Source: Bacteroidales bacterium (GTDB lineage Bacteria > Bacteroidota > Bacteroidia > Bacteroidales > VadinHA17). From it: DNA of 64,000 nt. Below the pieces are notes generated by a model. It ran no database searches. It worked only from the letters and a program-made list of their open reading frames with translations, and was not told the DNA's origin. The stretch covers positions 30,044 through 94,043 of the forward strand of contig DAINPM010000001.1 of the NCBI GenBank assembly GCA_036743455.1, written 5' to 3'. The translations under genes were made by a program, and so were the position numbers. Position 1 is the first letter of the stretch, and each line of letters starts with the position of its first letter. Positions 47,298-60,688 of this stretch are shown one piece after another.

Positions 47298-47305
47298 TAC
47301 TTTTG
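47298..47305 (+). promoter_or_regulatory. Candidate -7 promoter element (TACTTTTG)
   Basis: Exact TAnnTTTG match ending 15 nt before ATG 47321. It overlaps the track's TTG start at 47303, which argues for the ATG. Confidence 0.5.
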
Positions 47306-47320
47306 AAAAAAAACTTCTAC

Positions 47321-47941
47321 ATGGTTCCACGGGTTAACGATCTTGAAGACACAAAACGTTACAGGCAGATAAGCAAAATACCATATGATGAACTGGTTAC
47401 TTTTATTCTCGATTATCTCAGACGAAAATCCGGTCTGATGGTTTTTTACTGGTCTTTTTGTATAATTTTTATTGGTCTGGCGGCATATATCAGAATAAAC
47501 ATCAGCGGTTATTATCCTCTCAGACATATATTTCTGCACACTCTTCTCGGACTTGCAATCTATCCCGTAATTATTATTCCTGTTCATGAGTTTTTACACA
47601 TTATACCTTTTCTGACAACCGGAGCGAAAAGGATACGTATAGGCATGGATCTTAAGCAATACATGTTCTACGTAACGGCTCATGAACATGTTGTAAATGC
47701 AAAACAATTCAGTCTGGTCGGATTTACTCCTTTTGCATTAATTTCAGCAGGACTAATTCTTCTTATTTTTCATGTCCCTCCTTTATGGAAATGGAGTCTG
47801 TCATTGCTTCTTTTTGTTCATGCCACTATGTGTGCAGGTGATTTTGCCATGATGAATTTTTTCTATCTTAACAGGGACAGAAAGTTATATACATGGGATG
47901 ATGCAGATAAAAAGACAGCATATTTCTATGAAGAGATTTGA
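47321..47941 (+). CDS. DUF3267-like membrane protein (putative zincin-like peptidase)
   Basis: Multi-TM protein with HEFLH on the edge of a TM helix. Family call from memory only. Confidence 0.5.
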   Translation: MVPRVNDLEDTKRYRQISKIPYDELVTFILDYLRRKSGLMVFYWSFCIIFIGLAAYIRINISGYYPLRHIFLHTLLGLAIYPVIIIPVHEFLHIIPFLTTGAKRIRIGMDLKQYMFYVTAHEHVVNAKQFSLVGFTPFALISAGLILLIFHVPPLWKWSLSLLLFVHATMCAGDFAMMNFFYLNRDRKLYTWDDADKKTAYFYEEI

Positions 47942-47948
47942 TATGCCG

Positions 47949-51260
<3,312 letters not shown>

Positions 51261-51280
51261 TTATAATCATATTATTTTTT

Positions 51281-52951
51281 TCAGAATAAACCTGATATCT
51301 TACCGGAAGCATCTATATCAATTTTTTCAGCGGAGGGGATATTGGGCAATCCGGGCATTCTCATTATTGTGCCTGCAATAGGAACAATAAAACCTGCACC
51401 TGATGACAGTTCAATTTCTCTTATTTTTATTGTGAATCCTTTCGGGCATCCTCTTTTATTTGGGTCATCTGATAATGATTTCTGTGTCTTGGCTATACAT
51501 ACAGCCAGATTTCCAAGTCCGAGTTTTTCAATCTTATCCATCTGCGATTTCGCCTTGACTGTATATTCAACATGGTGGGCTCCGTACATTTTTTTTGCAA
51601 TTGTCTCTATCTTTTTCTCGAATGACCAGGAGAGATCATATAGAGGGATAAAGCAATCAGGACAGTCTTTTATTGCCTCAATGACTTTTTCAGCCAGATC
51701 AACAGCTCCTTTGCCTCCTCTTGCCCATGATTCATTTATTGCAACTTCCACTTTCTGGGATTCACAATGTTTAACAAGTGAATCCAGTTCCTGATCTGTA
51801 TCAGAATCGAATCTGTTAATGGAAATAACCGGATTGAAACCAAAATATCTCATATTTTCAATGTGTTTATCGAGATTATCAAATCCGTTTTGCAGGGCTG
51901 ATAAATCTTCATTCTGCAATGAAGATAATTTTGCTCCTCCATGATATTTCAGAGCTCTTATTGTTGCAACTATTATTACTGCGTGTGTTTTGAGATTACC
52001 GAACAGTGATTTTATGTCGAAAAATTTCTCTGCTCCCAGTTCACTGGCGAAACCGGCTTCAGTTACTACGATATCACTCAGGGAAAGACCTGTTTTGGTT
52101 GCAATAATAGAGTTTGTACCCTGTGCAATATTTGCAAAAGGTCCTCCATGAATGATAGCGGGAGTACCTTCCAGTGTTTGCACAAGATTAGGTTTAATGG
52201 CTTCTTTCAATAAAGCAGCCATTGCTCCGTTTGCTTTGAGGTCGCGTGCAAAGACAGGTTTGTCGGTATAGGTATATCCTATAAAAATATTACCAAGCCT
52301 TTCTTTAAGATCTGAGAGATCCTTTGCCATACACAAGGTAGCCATCACCTCAGAGGCAGCTGTAATCTCGAACCCCGATTGTCTGGGAATACCTTCTGTT
52401 GTTCCTCCCAAACCTATTACTATATCCCTCAAAGATCTTTCATTCATATCCATTACCCTTTTCCAGGCAATAGTTCTCGGATCTATTCCAAGATTTCCTT
52501 CTTTAAGCTGTATATTATTATCGATCAATGCAGCCAGCAGATTATGAGCTTTCTCAACAGCTGAAAGATCTCCGGTAAAATGCAGGTTTATATCTTCCAT
52601 TGGAATGACCTGTGAATACCCGCCTCCTGCAGCTCCTCCCTTGATACCAAAAACAGGCCCGAGAGAGGGTTCTCGCAAAACAACCGTAGCCCTCTTTCCG
52701 ATACGGTTCAAAGCCTGGGCAAGACCAATGGATGTAGTAGTCTTACCTTCGCCTGCAGGCGTCGGAGTAATTGCCGTTACCAAGATAAGCTTTGCCTTTT
52801 TTATTTTCTCCTCATCAATAAAATGTAAAGGTATCTTTGCCTTGTACTTACCGTATGTCTCTAGTTCATCCGCAGGGATACCGAGCTTTTCAGCTATTCT
52901 GACAACAGGCCGGATCTTTGCTTCCTGAGCAATTTCAATGTCGTGTTTCAT
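51281..52951 (-). CDS. fhs: Formate--tetrahydrofolate ligase
   Basis: 556 aa. TPTPAGEGKTTTSIGL P-loop. Collinear with the family throughout. Confidence 0.95.
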   Translation of the reverse strand: MKHDIEIAQEAKIRPVVRIAEKLGIPADELETYGKYKAKIPLHFIDEEKIKKAKLILVTAITPTPAGEGKTTTSIGLAQALNRIGKRATVVLREPSLGPVFGIKGGAAGGGYSQVIPMEDINLHFTGDLSAVEKAHNLLAALIDNNIQLKEGNLGIDPRTIAWKRVMDMNERSLRDIVIGLGGTTEGIPRQSGFEITAASEVMATLCMAKDLSDLKERLGNIFIGYTYTDKPVFARDLKANGAMAALLKEAIKPNLVQTLEGTPAIIHGGPFANIAQGTNSIIATKTGLSLSDIVVTEAGFASELGAEKFFDIKSLFGNLKTHAVIIVATIRALKYHGGAKLSSLQNEDLSALQNGFDNLDKHIENMRYFGFNPVISINRFDSDTDQELDSLVKHCESQKVEVAINESWARGGKGAVDLAEKVIEAIKDCPDCFIPLYDLSWSFEKKIETIAKKMYGAHHVEYTVKAKSQMDKIEKLGLGNLAVCIAKTQKSLSDDPNKRGCPKGFTIKIREIELSSGAGFIVPIAGTIMRMPGLPNIPSAEKIDIDASGKISGLF

Positions 52952-53068
52952 AAAAGGAGCTATTTATGTAAATAATTGACTAAACTAAATATATCAGATA
53001 TAAATTTAAACTGTTTCCCGGCTTTTTTCATTAATATGTCTTATTAATTTTTTTTATCCCCAGTTTTT

Positions 53069-54445
53069 CTAACCCCATTTGATAATATTGTCAACCGGTT
53101 TTTCATAATTCATCCTTATGCGCCAGTGAGAAGGATAATAATTATTTATCCTGATACCCAGGTTTTTTATAAACCCAAGGCTTATATCATGATAAGCCAC
53201 AATATTCCATCCCTTGTACGGAACTGAAAAGTTAAGATCCTTTTTGCTTAGATAAGCAAGAGCATCCGGGAGGCCAAGCTCTGAAGTTGGGAAAATACCT
53301 TTCCTGAAATAAACTGACAAAGCCAGATCATGTGAAGGAATATAATCATTTTTCTTTCGGGTAAAGATCTTTGTTCCTGACTTTATTGTATTCATACTGT
53401 CTGTAAGAAGCAAATAACTGTCTTTATCATAAGGCACAGAAATAATGTCATTCCCGTCTCTCATCATGTTATTAACAGGCAAGTCAGTCCATTCTTTAAC
53501 TGCAGCTTTTTCTTTTTCAGAAAGACTATTCCACGTACCGGATCGCAATTTATTTTTGTGTAAGAACTCCTTCTCTCTTTTTCTGAGAACAGAAAAAAAC
53601 AGGCCTTCGCCTCTTATCCTTCCCGGATAGAATCCATAACCATAGACTCCTTTGTAATATATTTCTGTTATTCCCTGATAATCTGCAATATTAATTCTGA
53701 TACTTTCTGCCTCATGCTTCCCGCATAACCATTTTATATTTTCCTCATTTTCTGCCGGATTGAAAGTACATGTACTGTAAATCAAAATCCCATTATCTTT
53801 CAAGGCAGACCAGATATTCATCAATATTCTTTTTTGCCTCTCGGCACACAATATTGTATTATCTTCTGACCATTCTCTTACTACGTTTATATCACGGAAC
53901 ATTCCTTCCCCTGAACAGGGAGCATCGACTAGAATAATATCAAAAAATGATCTGATATTTTTAAAAGCTGAAGGATCGGCTTGTGTCACCAATGTATTTG
54001 ACAAGCCCCATTTTGTAATGTTTTCTGCCAGAATATTAGTTCTCTGCCTGATAACTTCATTTGCTACAATAAGCCCCTGTTTTCCTGCAAGAGATGAAAG
54101 ATGTGTAGCTTTGCCTCCGGGAGCTCCGCACAGGTCAAGTATCTTCAGGTTTGATCCTTCATGAGCCACCTGCTTTATTATTTGTTCAAGAAACATCCCT
54201 GAAGCCTCCTGTGGGTAATAAACACCGGCATGGAAAAGAGGATCAAGTGTAAAAGAGGGTCTTTCTGATAAATAATACCCATCCCGGCACCATGGCACTT
54301 TTTCTGAATCCAAAGGAGATTGTTTCCACTTATCTCTGTTAACACGAACAGATACAGGTGAAGGTTCCTGCAAAGATTGAAGTAATTCTTTACTATCAAT
54401 GTATTCCTGTTTTTTTATTCTTTTTATGAATGCTTCCGGAAACAT
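53069..54445 (-). CDS. rRNA cytosine-C5 methyltransferase (RsmB/RsmF, NOL1/NOP2/Sun family)
   Basis: SAM motif LDLCGAPGGKATHL. Catalytic motif IV DAPCSGEG and motif VI YSTCT. Confidence 0.8.
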   Translation of the reverse strand: MFPEAFIKRIKKQEYIDSKELLQSLQEPSPVSVRVNRDKWKQSPLDSEKVPWCRDGYYLSERPSFTLDPLFHAGVYYPQEASGMFLEQIIKQVAHEGSNLKILDLCGAPGGKATHLSSLAGKQGLIVANEVIRQRTNILAENITKWGLSNTLVTQADPSAFKNIRSFFDIILVDAPCSGEGMFRDINVVREWSEDNTILCAERQKRILMNIWSALKDNGILIYSTCTFNPAENEENIKWLCGKHEAESIRINIADYQGITEIYYKGVYGYGFYPGRIRGEGLFFSVLRKREKEFLHKNKLRSGTWNSLSEKEKAAVKEWTDLPVNNMMRDGNDIISVPYDKDSYLLLTDSMNTIKSGTKIFTRKKNDYIPSHDLALSVYFRKGIFPTSELGLPDALAYLSKKDLNFSVPYKGWNIVAYHDISLGFIKNLGIRINNYYPSHWRIRMNYEKPVDNIIKWG

Positions 54446-54536
54446 TTGCAGTATATAAAATAGAATATTTATTTATAAAACAGTTCTTTTCAAAATAAAA
54501 GAGTTATCAGGTATCAGCAGAATCATTACTCCAGAT

Positions 54537-55991
54537 TTATTTTTTTTCTAAAGCTGAAAATTTTCTCCAGAGAAAAAAAACGGGTATTCCCAGCAATACT
54601 ATTATGAGCCCGGGGAAAGTATATCTTGGTTTATAAATAAGGAGAATTACCATAATAATAAGAGTGACAAGGATATAAACAGCCGGCACTACAGGATAAC
54701 CAAATGCTTTGTAAGGTCGGGGTATATCGGGGCTTTTAATCCTCAGGATAAAAATTGCAAATATTGTCAGGGAAAAGAAAATAAGGACAGCAAAAATGAC
54801 ATAATCAAGTAAATCGCTGTATGTTCCCGACAAACAAAGCAAAACAGACCATATTCCCTGGACAACGATTGCAAACCCGGGAACTCCGAATTTATTTATT
54901 TCACCTGCTTTTTTGAAGAAGAGATTATCTTTTGCCATTGCATAATACACACGAGGTCCTGTAAGAATGAGAGCCTGATTACATCCGAAAGTACTTATCA
55001 TGATAAATAATGCCATGACAACTGCAGCATAATCTCCCAGAATCACATACATTGCCGAAGTAGCTACTCTGTCATCGGTTGCAAACTGTATTCCTCTCTC
55101 CAGAACAGAAGCTCCATCAGGAGAACCATGTAAAGGAAGAACGCTGATATAGACATAATTGGTCAACAGATAAATTACTGTCACTATCAAAGTACCAAAG
55201 AGAAGACTGAGGGGTATATTCCTTTTGGGATTTATCACTTCACCGGAAATAAATGTTACATTATACCAGGCATCAGATGCAAAAAGGGAGCCTACAAGTG
55301 CTGCTCCCACTGCTGAAATGATAGCAAATCCTTTTAGCGGTATAATCTGATTATCTGCTCCTATGGCACTTGGATTCCATAATAAATCAGGGTTTATTTG
55401 ATTAAGACCCATAATCCTGGCAGCTATTACACCTGTCAGAACAAAGCCAAGCAGGGCTATCACTTTTGTTGAGGTAAAAAAATTCTGCACAGTCTTACCG
55501 GTCACAATACCCCTGGTATTTAGCCATGTGAGAAATACTATCATCAAAATTGCAATTACCATTGTACTGGTAACATTGACCGGACCAAGCTGAAACAGAA
55601 CATTTCCATCTGATATCCACGGGAAAATAACACCGCTGAATTTAGCAAAAGCAACTGCTACAGCAGCAATTGAACCACACTGAACCACAAGGAAGGTAGT
55701 CCATCCAAAAAGAAATCCAATGAGAGGGTGATAAGCCGCTTTAAGATAAACATACTGACCTCCCACGTGTGGCATCATAGCGGCCAGTTCGCCGTAACTT
55801 ATTGCCCCGATAACAGTGATGATACCTGTTATCAGCCAGACTATCATAAGCCATCCCGGAGATCCCAGATTTCTTGCAATATCAGCACTTACAATAAAAA
55901 TCCCGGATCCGATCATCGATCCGGCAACTAATGATATCCCATCAAAGAGATTAACGCGTTCCTGTAAAAGGTGATCGGGCCGTTGTATCAT
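54537..55991 (-). CDS. APC-superfamily amino acid permease
   Basis: The track ORF starts at TTG 56009; ATG 55991 is preferred. About 12 TM helices. N-terminal GISLVAGSMIGSGIF signature. Confidence 0.85.
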   Translation of the reverse strand: MIQRPDHLLQERVNLFDGISLVAGSMIGSGIFIVSADIARNLGSPGWLMIVWLITGIITVIGAISYGELAAMMPHVGGQYVYLKAAYHPLIGFLFGWTTFLVVQCGSIAAVAVAFAKFSGVIFPWISDGNVLFQLGPVNVTSTMVIAILMIVFLTWLNTRGIVTGKTVQNFFTSTKVIALLGFVLTGVIAARIMGLNQINPDLLWNPSAIGADNQIIPLKGFAIISAVGAALVGSLFASDAWYNVTFISGEVINPKRNIPLSLLFGTLIVTVIYLLTNYVYISVLPLHGSPDGASVLERGIQFATDDRVATSAMYVILGDYAAVVMALFIMISTFGCNQALILTGPRVYYAMAKDNLFFKKAGEINKFGVPGFAIVVQGIWSVLLCLSGTYSDLLDYVIFAVLIFFSLTIFAIFILRIKSPDIPRPYKAFGYPVVPAVYILVTLIIMVILLIYKPRYTFPGLIIVLLGIPVFFLWRKFSALEKK

Positions 55992-56101
55992 TGTATTCAA
56001 TATCCACAAAATTAAGGGTCCCGGCTAAGGGTATAATTATTTTTTCAGTCATTTCCCTTACAGCTTTTCAGGAACAGCAGAATAACAACAAATCGATATT
56101 T

Positions 56102-57412
56102 CTAGACCTGAGGCAGTTTCCATGGCTCTCTGTAGCTGGGAACCAGGTAGCTGTTCGCTTCATCATCATTAGTAAACCGGGTACCGTCCCATATAAGCTT
56201 CTTTCCTGTCCTGAAAGCAATATTTCCGACAGCAGAAAACTTACATATATGCGCAGCAATATCTGGAGAAGCATTAGTGTCAGGATCACGTTTTGCTATG
56301 CACTCAAGGTGATTCTTTACATGATTGCTAAGACCTGTATTATTTCCTGCTTTCCAAGGGACAGCTTCCATTCTCTTCTCATTGTTTACCACTTCAGGAA
56401 TTACTTCCCATCCGCTTCTGTCAACAACAAGAGTGCCGTTCTCTCCGACAAAACCAAGGACGGCATTTTTCCCGTAACCACCATCATCAATACCAATGGC
56501 ATGGTCCCACATAACATTGAAACCATCGAATTCATAGATAACCTGTAGACTATCAGGTGTCTCACATGCATCATCAGGGTAACCATATTTACCACCCATT
56601 GCCATAACAGATTTAGGAGTTGTAACATCCATTCCGAAAAGGGCAAAATCAAGCAAATGAACACCCCAGTCGGTCATGAGGCCTCCGGCGTAATCCCAAA
56701 ACCATCTGAAAGTAAAATGGAATCTGTTTCTGTTGAATGGTCTTGACGGAGCTGGTCCCAGCCACATATCATAATCTACACCTTCCGGTACCGGCTCATC
56801 AGGAAGCACCGGTATCGAAGTATTCCATCCCTGATAAGAATATACCCTGACAAGGCGTATTTTACCAAGTTGCCCTGATCGGATAAAATCGACAGCATCA
56901 AGCCAGTGAGGATCGCTTCTTTGCCATTGTCCTACCTGTACAATGCTCTTATATTTTTTTGCTGCCTTCACCATAATATTACATTCTTCTATGGTTCTGG
57001 CAATTGGTTTTTCACAATACACATCTTTCCCGGCCTCACAGGCAGCTACCATTTGCAGGCAATGCCAGTGATCGGGTGTGCCTACTATAACCAGATTAAT
57101 ATCCTGATTGTCTATTACCCGGCGCCAGTCACTGTAAAGATTCTCAGGCCGCTTACCCCTTATTTTCTCCACATCAGATGCACGCCTGTTAAGCACTTCT
57201 TCATCAATATCACAAAGAGCGATACATTCCACCTCAGGATTCTGAAGAAATGCACTCAGATTACTGAACCCCATCCCATTACATCCAATAAGTCCAATAT
57301 TGATCCTGTCTGAGGGAGCACAACCAGCCAGTGTTGTGGAAAAAGCAGGAACAAGCCCTATTCCCGCTGATGTAATCGCTGCTTTTTTTAAAAAACTTCG
57401 TCTGCTTGTCAT
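56102..57412 (-). CDS. Tat-exported Gfo/Idh/MocA-family NAD(P)-dependent oxidoreductase
   Basis: Twin-arginine signal MTSRRSFLKKAAITSAG. Rossmann start INIGLIGCNGMG. EKP motif (YCEKPI). Confidence 0.85.
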   Translation of the reverse strand: MTSRRSFLKKAAITSAGIGLVPAFSTTLAGCAPSDRINIGLIGCNGMGFSNLSAFLQNPEVECIALCDIDEEVLNRRASDVEKIRGKRPENLYSDWRRVIDNQDINLVIVGTPDHWHCLQMVAACEAGKDVYCEKPIARTIEECNIMVKAAKKYKSIVQVGQWQRSDPHWLDAVDFIRSGQLGKIRLVRVYSYQGWNTSIPVLPDEPVPEGVDYDMWLGPAPSRPFNRNRFHFTFRWFWDYAGGLMTDWGVHLLDFALFGMDVTTPKSVMAMGGKYGYPDDACETPDSLQVIYEFDGFNVMWDHAIGIDDGGYGKNAVLGFVGENGTLVVDRSGWEVIPEVVNNEKRMEAVPWKAGNNTGLSNHVKNHLECIAKRDPDTNASPDIAAHICKFSAVGNIAFRTGKKLIWDGTRFTNDDEANSYLVPSYREPWKLPQV

Positions 57413-57466
57413 AATGTATTAGCTGTTGTAAATTATTTATTGATTTTTGGATTATTACCTGTTATA

Positions 57467-58501
57467 TTATCTTAACTGAATAACAATTTCATTATCAGTA
57501 TCTCCTGGATGACTAACCATGATTTTATCACCTGTAATCTTTATTATACGCCAGTTATCTCTGTCGTTTCCGAAAGAACCTGTGACAATCTGTGTCAGCT
57601 TATCTCCATCAGGAAAAACATATTCATTAACAGAATTTGTATGAGTATGACCTGCTATAACAGCCCATGTTGAAGAGTGTTTCTCCAACAGATTTAAAAG
57701 ATCATAATAACTGGCTTTAGAGGAATACGTTGACAGTGGCTCCGATAAGATACTACTGCTGGTCTTTTTTCCGCTGGGCAGAGGTATGTGTGTAAATATT
57801 ATCTCCACGTCCGTAGGGGATGCCTTCAACTGCCGGTCGAGCCATTTAAGCTGATACTGGTCAACAATGAAAGGCTGAACTCCATCATAATAATCCTCAT
57901 CTGCAATAAAACTATTATCCAGAAACAACAATCTCACCGTTAAAGTATCCACTTTATAAATCCTGCTGTAATAAGTACCATTTCTGAAGCAGGCCATATT
58001 TCTCATCCACGAAGCCCTTGCTTCCCCTGCTCTTATCTGTTCGGATGTAAATTTTGATGTTTGAGGAACTGTATAGGTTGCGATATCATGATTACCCAGT
58101 GTGAGAAAAAAAGGAATTTCCGAATCATTTATCAGGTGGGCGAATTGTTCTATCTGAGTACCAATAATCTTACCTGTGGCGGTTTCAGCCTCGTAGAAAT
58201 CAACCAGATCTCCCGTAATAACAAAAAAATCGGCATCAAAACGTTGGGGTGCAGAATCAATGAAACCGGAAAACATATCAGAGTTTTTCATCAGGTATTG
58301 TCTCTGACTGACAATGGTTGGATGATATCCTGTTAGATTACAGGTATGAATGTCTGTCAGATGAACAATTGTAAGTGTATCGGGTAAGACCGGCTTTTGC
58401 CCGTATAGTGAAACGAATGAAAAATAAAAAAACAATAAAATAAGGGGTAAGCGGTAAAAATATATTCTTTTCATTTTCTGTGTTTTTTTCCGGAAAATCA
58501 T
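57467..58501 (-). CDS. Secreted calcineurin-like metallophosphoesterase
   Basis: Motifs VHLTDIH, ITGDLVD, LGNHD, FTHIPL, AGHTHTN. An alternative start at 58474 (MKRIYFYRL...) is possible. Confidence 0.75.
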   Translation of the reverse strand: MIFRKKTQKMKRIYFYRLPLILLFFYFSFVSLYGQKPVLPDTLTIVHLTDIHTCNLTGYHPTIVSQRQYLMKNSDMFSGFIDSAPQRFDADFFVITGDLVDFYEAETATGKIIGTQIEQFAHLINDSEIPFFLTLGNHDIATYTVPQTSKFTSEQIRAGEARASWMRNMACFRNGTYYSRIYKVDTLTVRLLFLDNSFIADEDYYDGVQPFIVDQYQLKWLDRQLKASPTDVEIIFTHIPLPSGKKTSSSILSEPLSTYSSKASYYDLLNLLEKHSSTWAVIAGHTHTNSVNEYVFPDGDKLTQIVTGSFGNDRDNWRIIKITGDKIMVSHPGDTDNEIVIQLR

Positions 58502-58504
58502 CTA

Positions 58505-60580
58505 TCACTTTTCCCGGTATTCTCTTTTGGCATTTCTGAAATCAAGGACAAGTATCTCATCATCTCTGCTAATAACTATTTCGTCTGATGCAAATTCATT
58601 CCGGCACCAGGGGTTATCGAATCTGAGATAATCTCTCTGGGAGATGGTCTCTCCTTTTACTTTAAGAGCCTGCGACCAGCCGTATTGTACTTCTCCGGCT
58701 GACGGAGAAGTGTATTTTACATTCAGGCCTTCACATTGCATCTTACTACGGGATACTGCAGACACAAAACTCCGGAAATTTTTCCATTGATCCTGAGAAC
58801 CCATTTCGCAAATCCATATATTCTGCCTGCTATTGGCTATCAGGTCAACCTCTCTCTCTCTTACTTTTTTCCATTCTGTGGGATTCTGTGAATAAAGAGC
58901 TATATATCCCTTGTCCTTTCTCCCGAAGATCCAGTTTCCTTTGCAGATTACTTCATCAAATGCATCTTTCGGGAAATAGGCATGTGAGAAAGGTATCGGT
59001 TCATCGGATGGAGCATCTTCATGACTTGCAATATTTCTGCCCGGTTCGCTTTTTTGTTCAGAACGTAAAAATGGCAAGGGGTTCTCCTGAGGAATATTAT
59101 AAATACATATAAGAACATTTTTAAATTGTGCGGCATTTGGAAGTATCCCGTTTCCTGCCCAGTAATTCGGACGCGAGAATTCGTCTTCTGACCCGGGATG
59201 ATTTGTAAACACGGTGGCATCTATACCAAGGGTAGCCTGCCATGGATGTTGTTGGTAACCGGGAGCTCCGGGTCGGAACTGCTGTGCACAACTCAACATG
59301 TAATCAGCTGTCCTGTACGTCTCAATATTTACCTCTGTCATAGCATGAGGATCAAGTTTGACATTGATCAGTTTACCATACTCATCAAGCTGTTCTTCGT
59401 ACAACTTCCTGTAATAGTCATAGTCACCTCCGAGCCAGACTCTGTATTTATTGGCCACTTTCTGCGACAGGTCTATAATTGCAGGATGGGTGTAATCCTG
59501 AATGCTCCAGTACAGATTAACGTCAGGTTCCCTGTAATAAGAGACATCATATTTAAATGCATCCTCAACATTCATACTGTGTCTTTCCCTTATCCTCACA
59601 GGGTTGGAATAATCTGCAGCAATTTTCTGAATAATTTCCGGACACTTGTAAGAACTTGTTGCAAGAGAGATAGTTCCCATGGCAGAAGGAGAATTGAACA
59701 CTCCCATTCCGAACATTAGTTTCATTGTTGATGCGGATGATTCCCCTCTGGCTCCCTGAACAAGAAAAGCATAAGTCCTGCCATGTGTGGATCCGAATAC
59801 TCCGTGATAATTATGGAGGGCCATTTCAAAAAGCAGAACATCTATAAGAAGGCCTGCCTTCGCCCTTATGACAGGATCTTCTGCAAAATCATGGAGATTG
59901 ACCAGTGCCATAAGATCTTCTTCGAAATAAGAATGAGCGAGCCATTCACTGAATCCAAGTTTTATTCTCCAGTTCATCCATTTTTCAATAAGAGATAATG
60001 CATGTTGCATATGCATGCTGCCATTTTCCCTGTTATTGGTAAATATTTTGTCCTTGTATAACTGTCCCGCAAGAAGCTCATCAGAATGAAAGATGATCTG
60101 ATGGTTCTCTGTCCAGTAGCAACGTCCGTCACTTCCGGGTTCATCATACCAGTAAATGAAATCGAGGAGACATTTTTCGATATCGTTTTTTTGCTTTTCC
60201 GATATCAGATCACTGTCCTGATGGAGGTACATTATTCTCAAAAGAGCACCTAAAGTAAAATCATTACAATCGGCATTCGAATACACATACTCTATGGCAT
60301 CTTTAAGAGTTGCGTCATCAAGAGGCAAGCCCTTCTCCATTCTTGCCAGCTGGGCAAATATCCCGACCCTGCCCGATGCAGGGGCATTGGAACTGCAGAA
60401 ATCGATATAAGCAGTCCGGCGTTCTTCATAAGAGCCTCCGGGAAGATACCAATATTCATCATTAAGTTCCTGAAATGACTGGCTTCTGGCAGCAACAACA
60501 GGTTTCCCCGGTGAAGTCTGTGCCAGTCCGGTATAAGCAATAATAATACCGGTTGTAAGTGTTAAGAATACTTTCACCAT
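58505..60580 (-). CDS. Secreted hypothetical protein, 691 aa (helical N-terminal half, possibly alpha/alpha-toroid-like; function unknown)
   Basis: Signal peptide MVKVFLTLTTGIIIAYTGLAQ. WTENHQIIFHSDELLAGQLY-type helix-rich half, then a beta-rich half. Stop lies 3 nt from the metallophosphoesterase start. Confidence 0.55.
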   Translation of the reverse strand: MVKVFLTLTTGIIIAYTGLAQTSPGKPVVAARSQSFQELNDEYWYLPGGSYEERRTAYIDFCSSNAPASGRVGIFAQLARMEKGLPLDDATLKDAIEYVYSNADCNDFTLGALLRIMYLHQDSDLISEKQKNDIEKCLLDFIYWYDEPGSDGRCYWTENHQIIFHSDELLAGQLYKDKIFTNNRENGSMHMQHALSLIEKWMNWRIKLGFSEWLAHSYFEEDLMALVNLHDFAEDPVIRAKAGLLIDVLLFEMALHNYHGVFGSTHGRTYAFLVQGARGESSASTMKLMFGMGVFNSPSAMGTISLATSSYKCPEIIQKIAADYSNPVRIRERHSMNVEDAFKYDVSYYREPDVNLYWSIQDYTHPAIIDLSQKVANKYRVWLGGDYDYYRKLYEEQLDEYGKLINVKLDPHAMTEVNIETYRTADYMLSCAQQFRPGAPGYQQHPWQATLGIDATVFTNHPGSEDEFSRPNYWAGNGILPNAAQFKNVLICIYNIPQENPLPFLRSEQKSEPGRNIASHEDAPSDEPIPFSHAYFPKDAFDEVICKGNWIFGRKDKGYIALYSQNPTEWKKVREREVDLIANSRQNIWICEMGSQDQWKNFRSFVSAVSRSKMQCEGLNVKYTSPSAGEVQYGWSQALKVKGETISQRDYLRFDNPWCRNEFASDEIVISRDDEILVLDFRNAKREYREK

Positions 60581-60688
60581 GAGGCTATAATTTTATTTAA
60601 GAGAACAGGTTAGTATATAGAAATCAAATAAGTCTCCGGGTTTGCGGCCTGTAAACAGAATATTTATCCAGCCGTCGGTAAATAATAT

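Noticed and set aside
52952-53068. Possible ZTP (pfl) riboswitch upstream of fhs
   Set aside because: I found no GGGTCG.../CCGCCTGGGC-like conserved segments or pseudoknot partners in the 117-nt leader on the minus strand.
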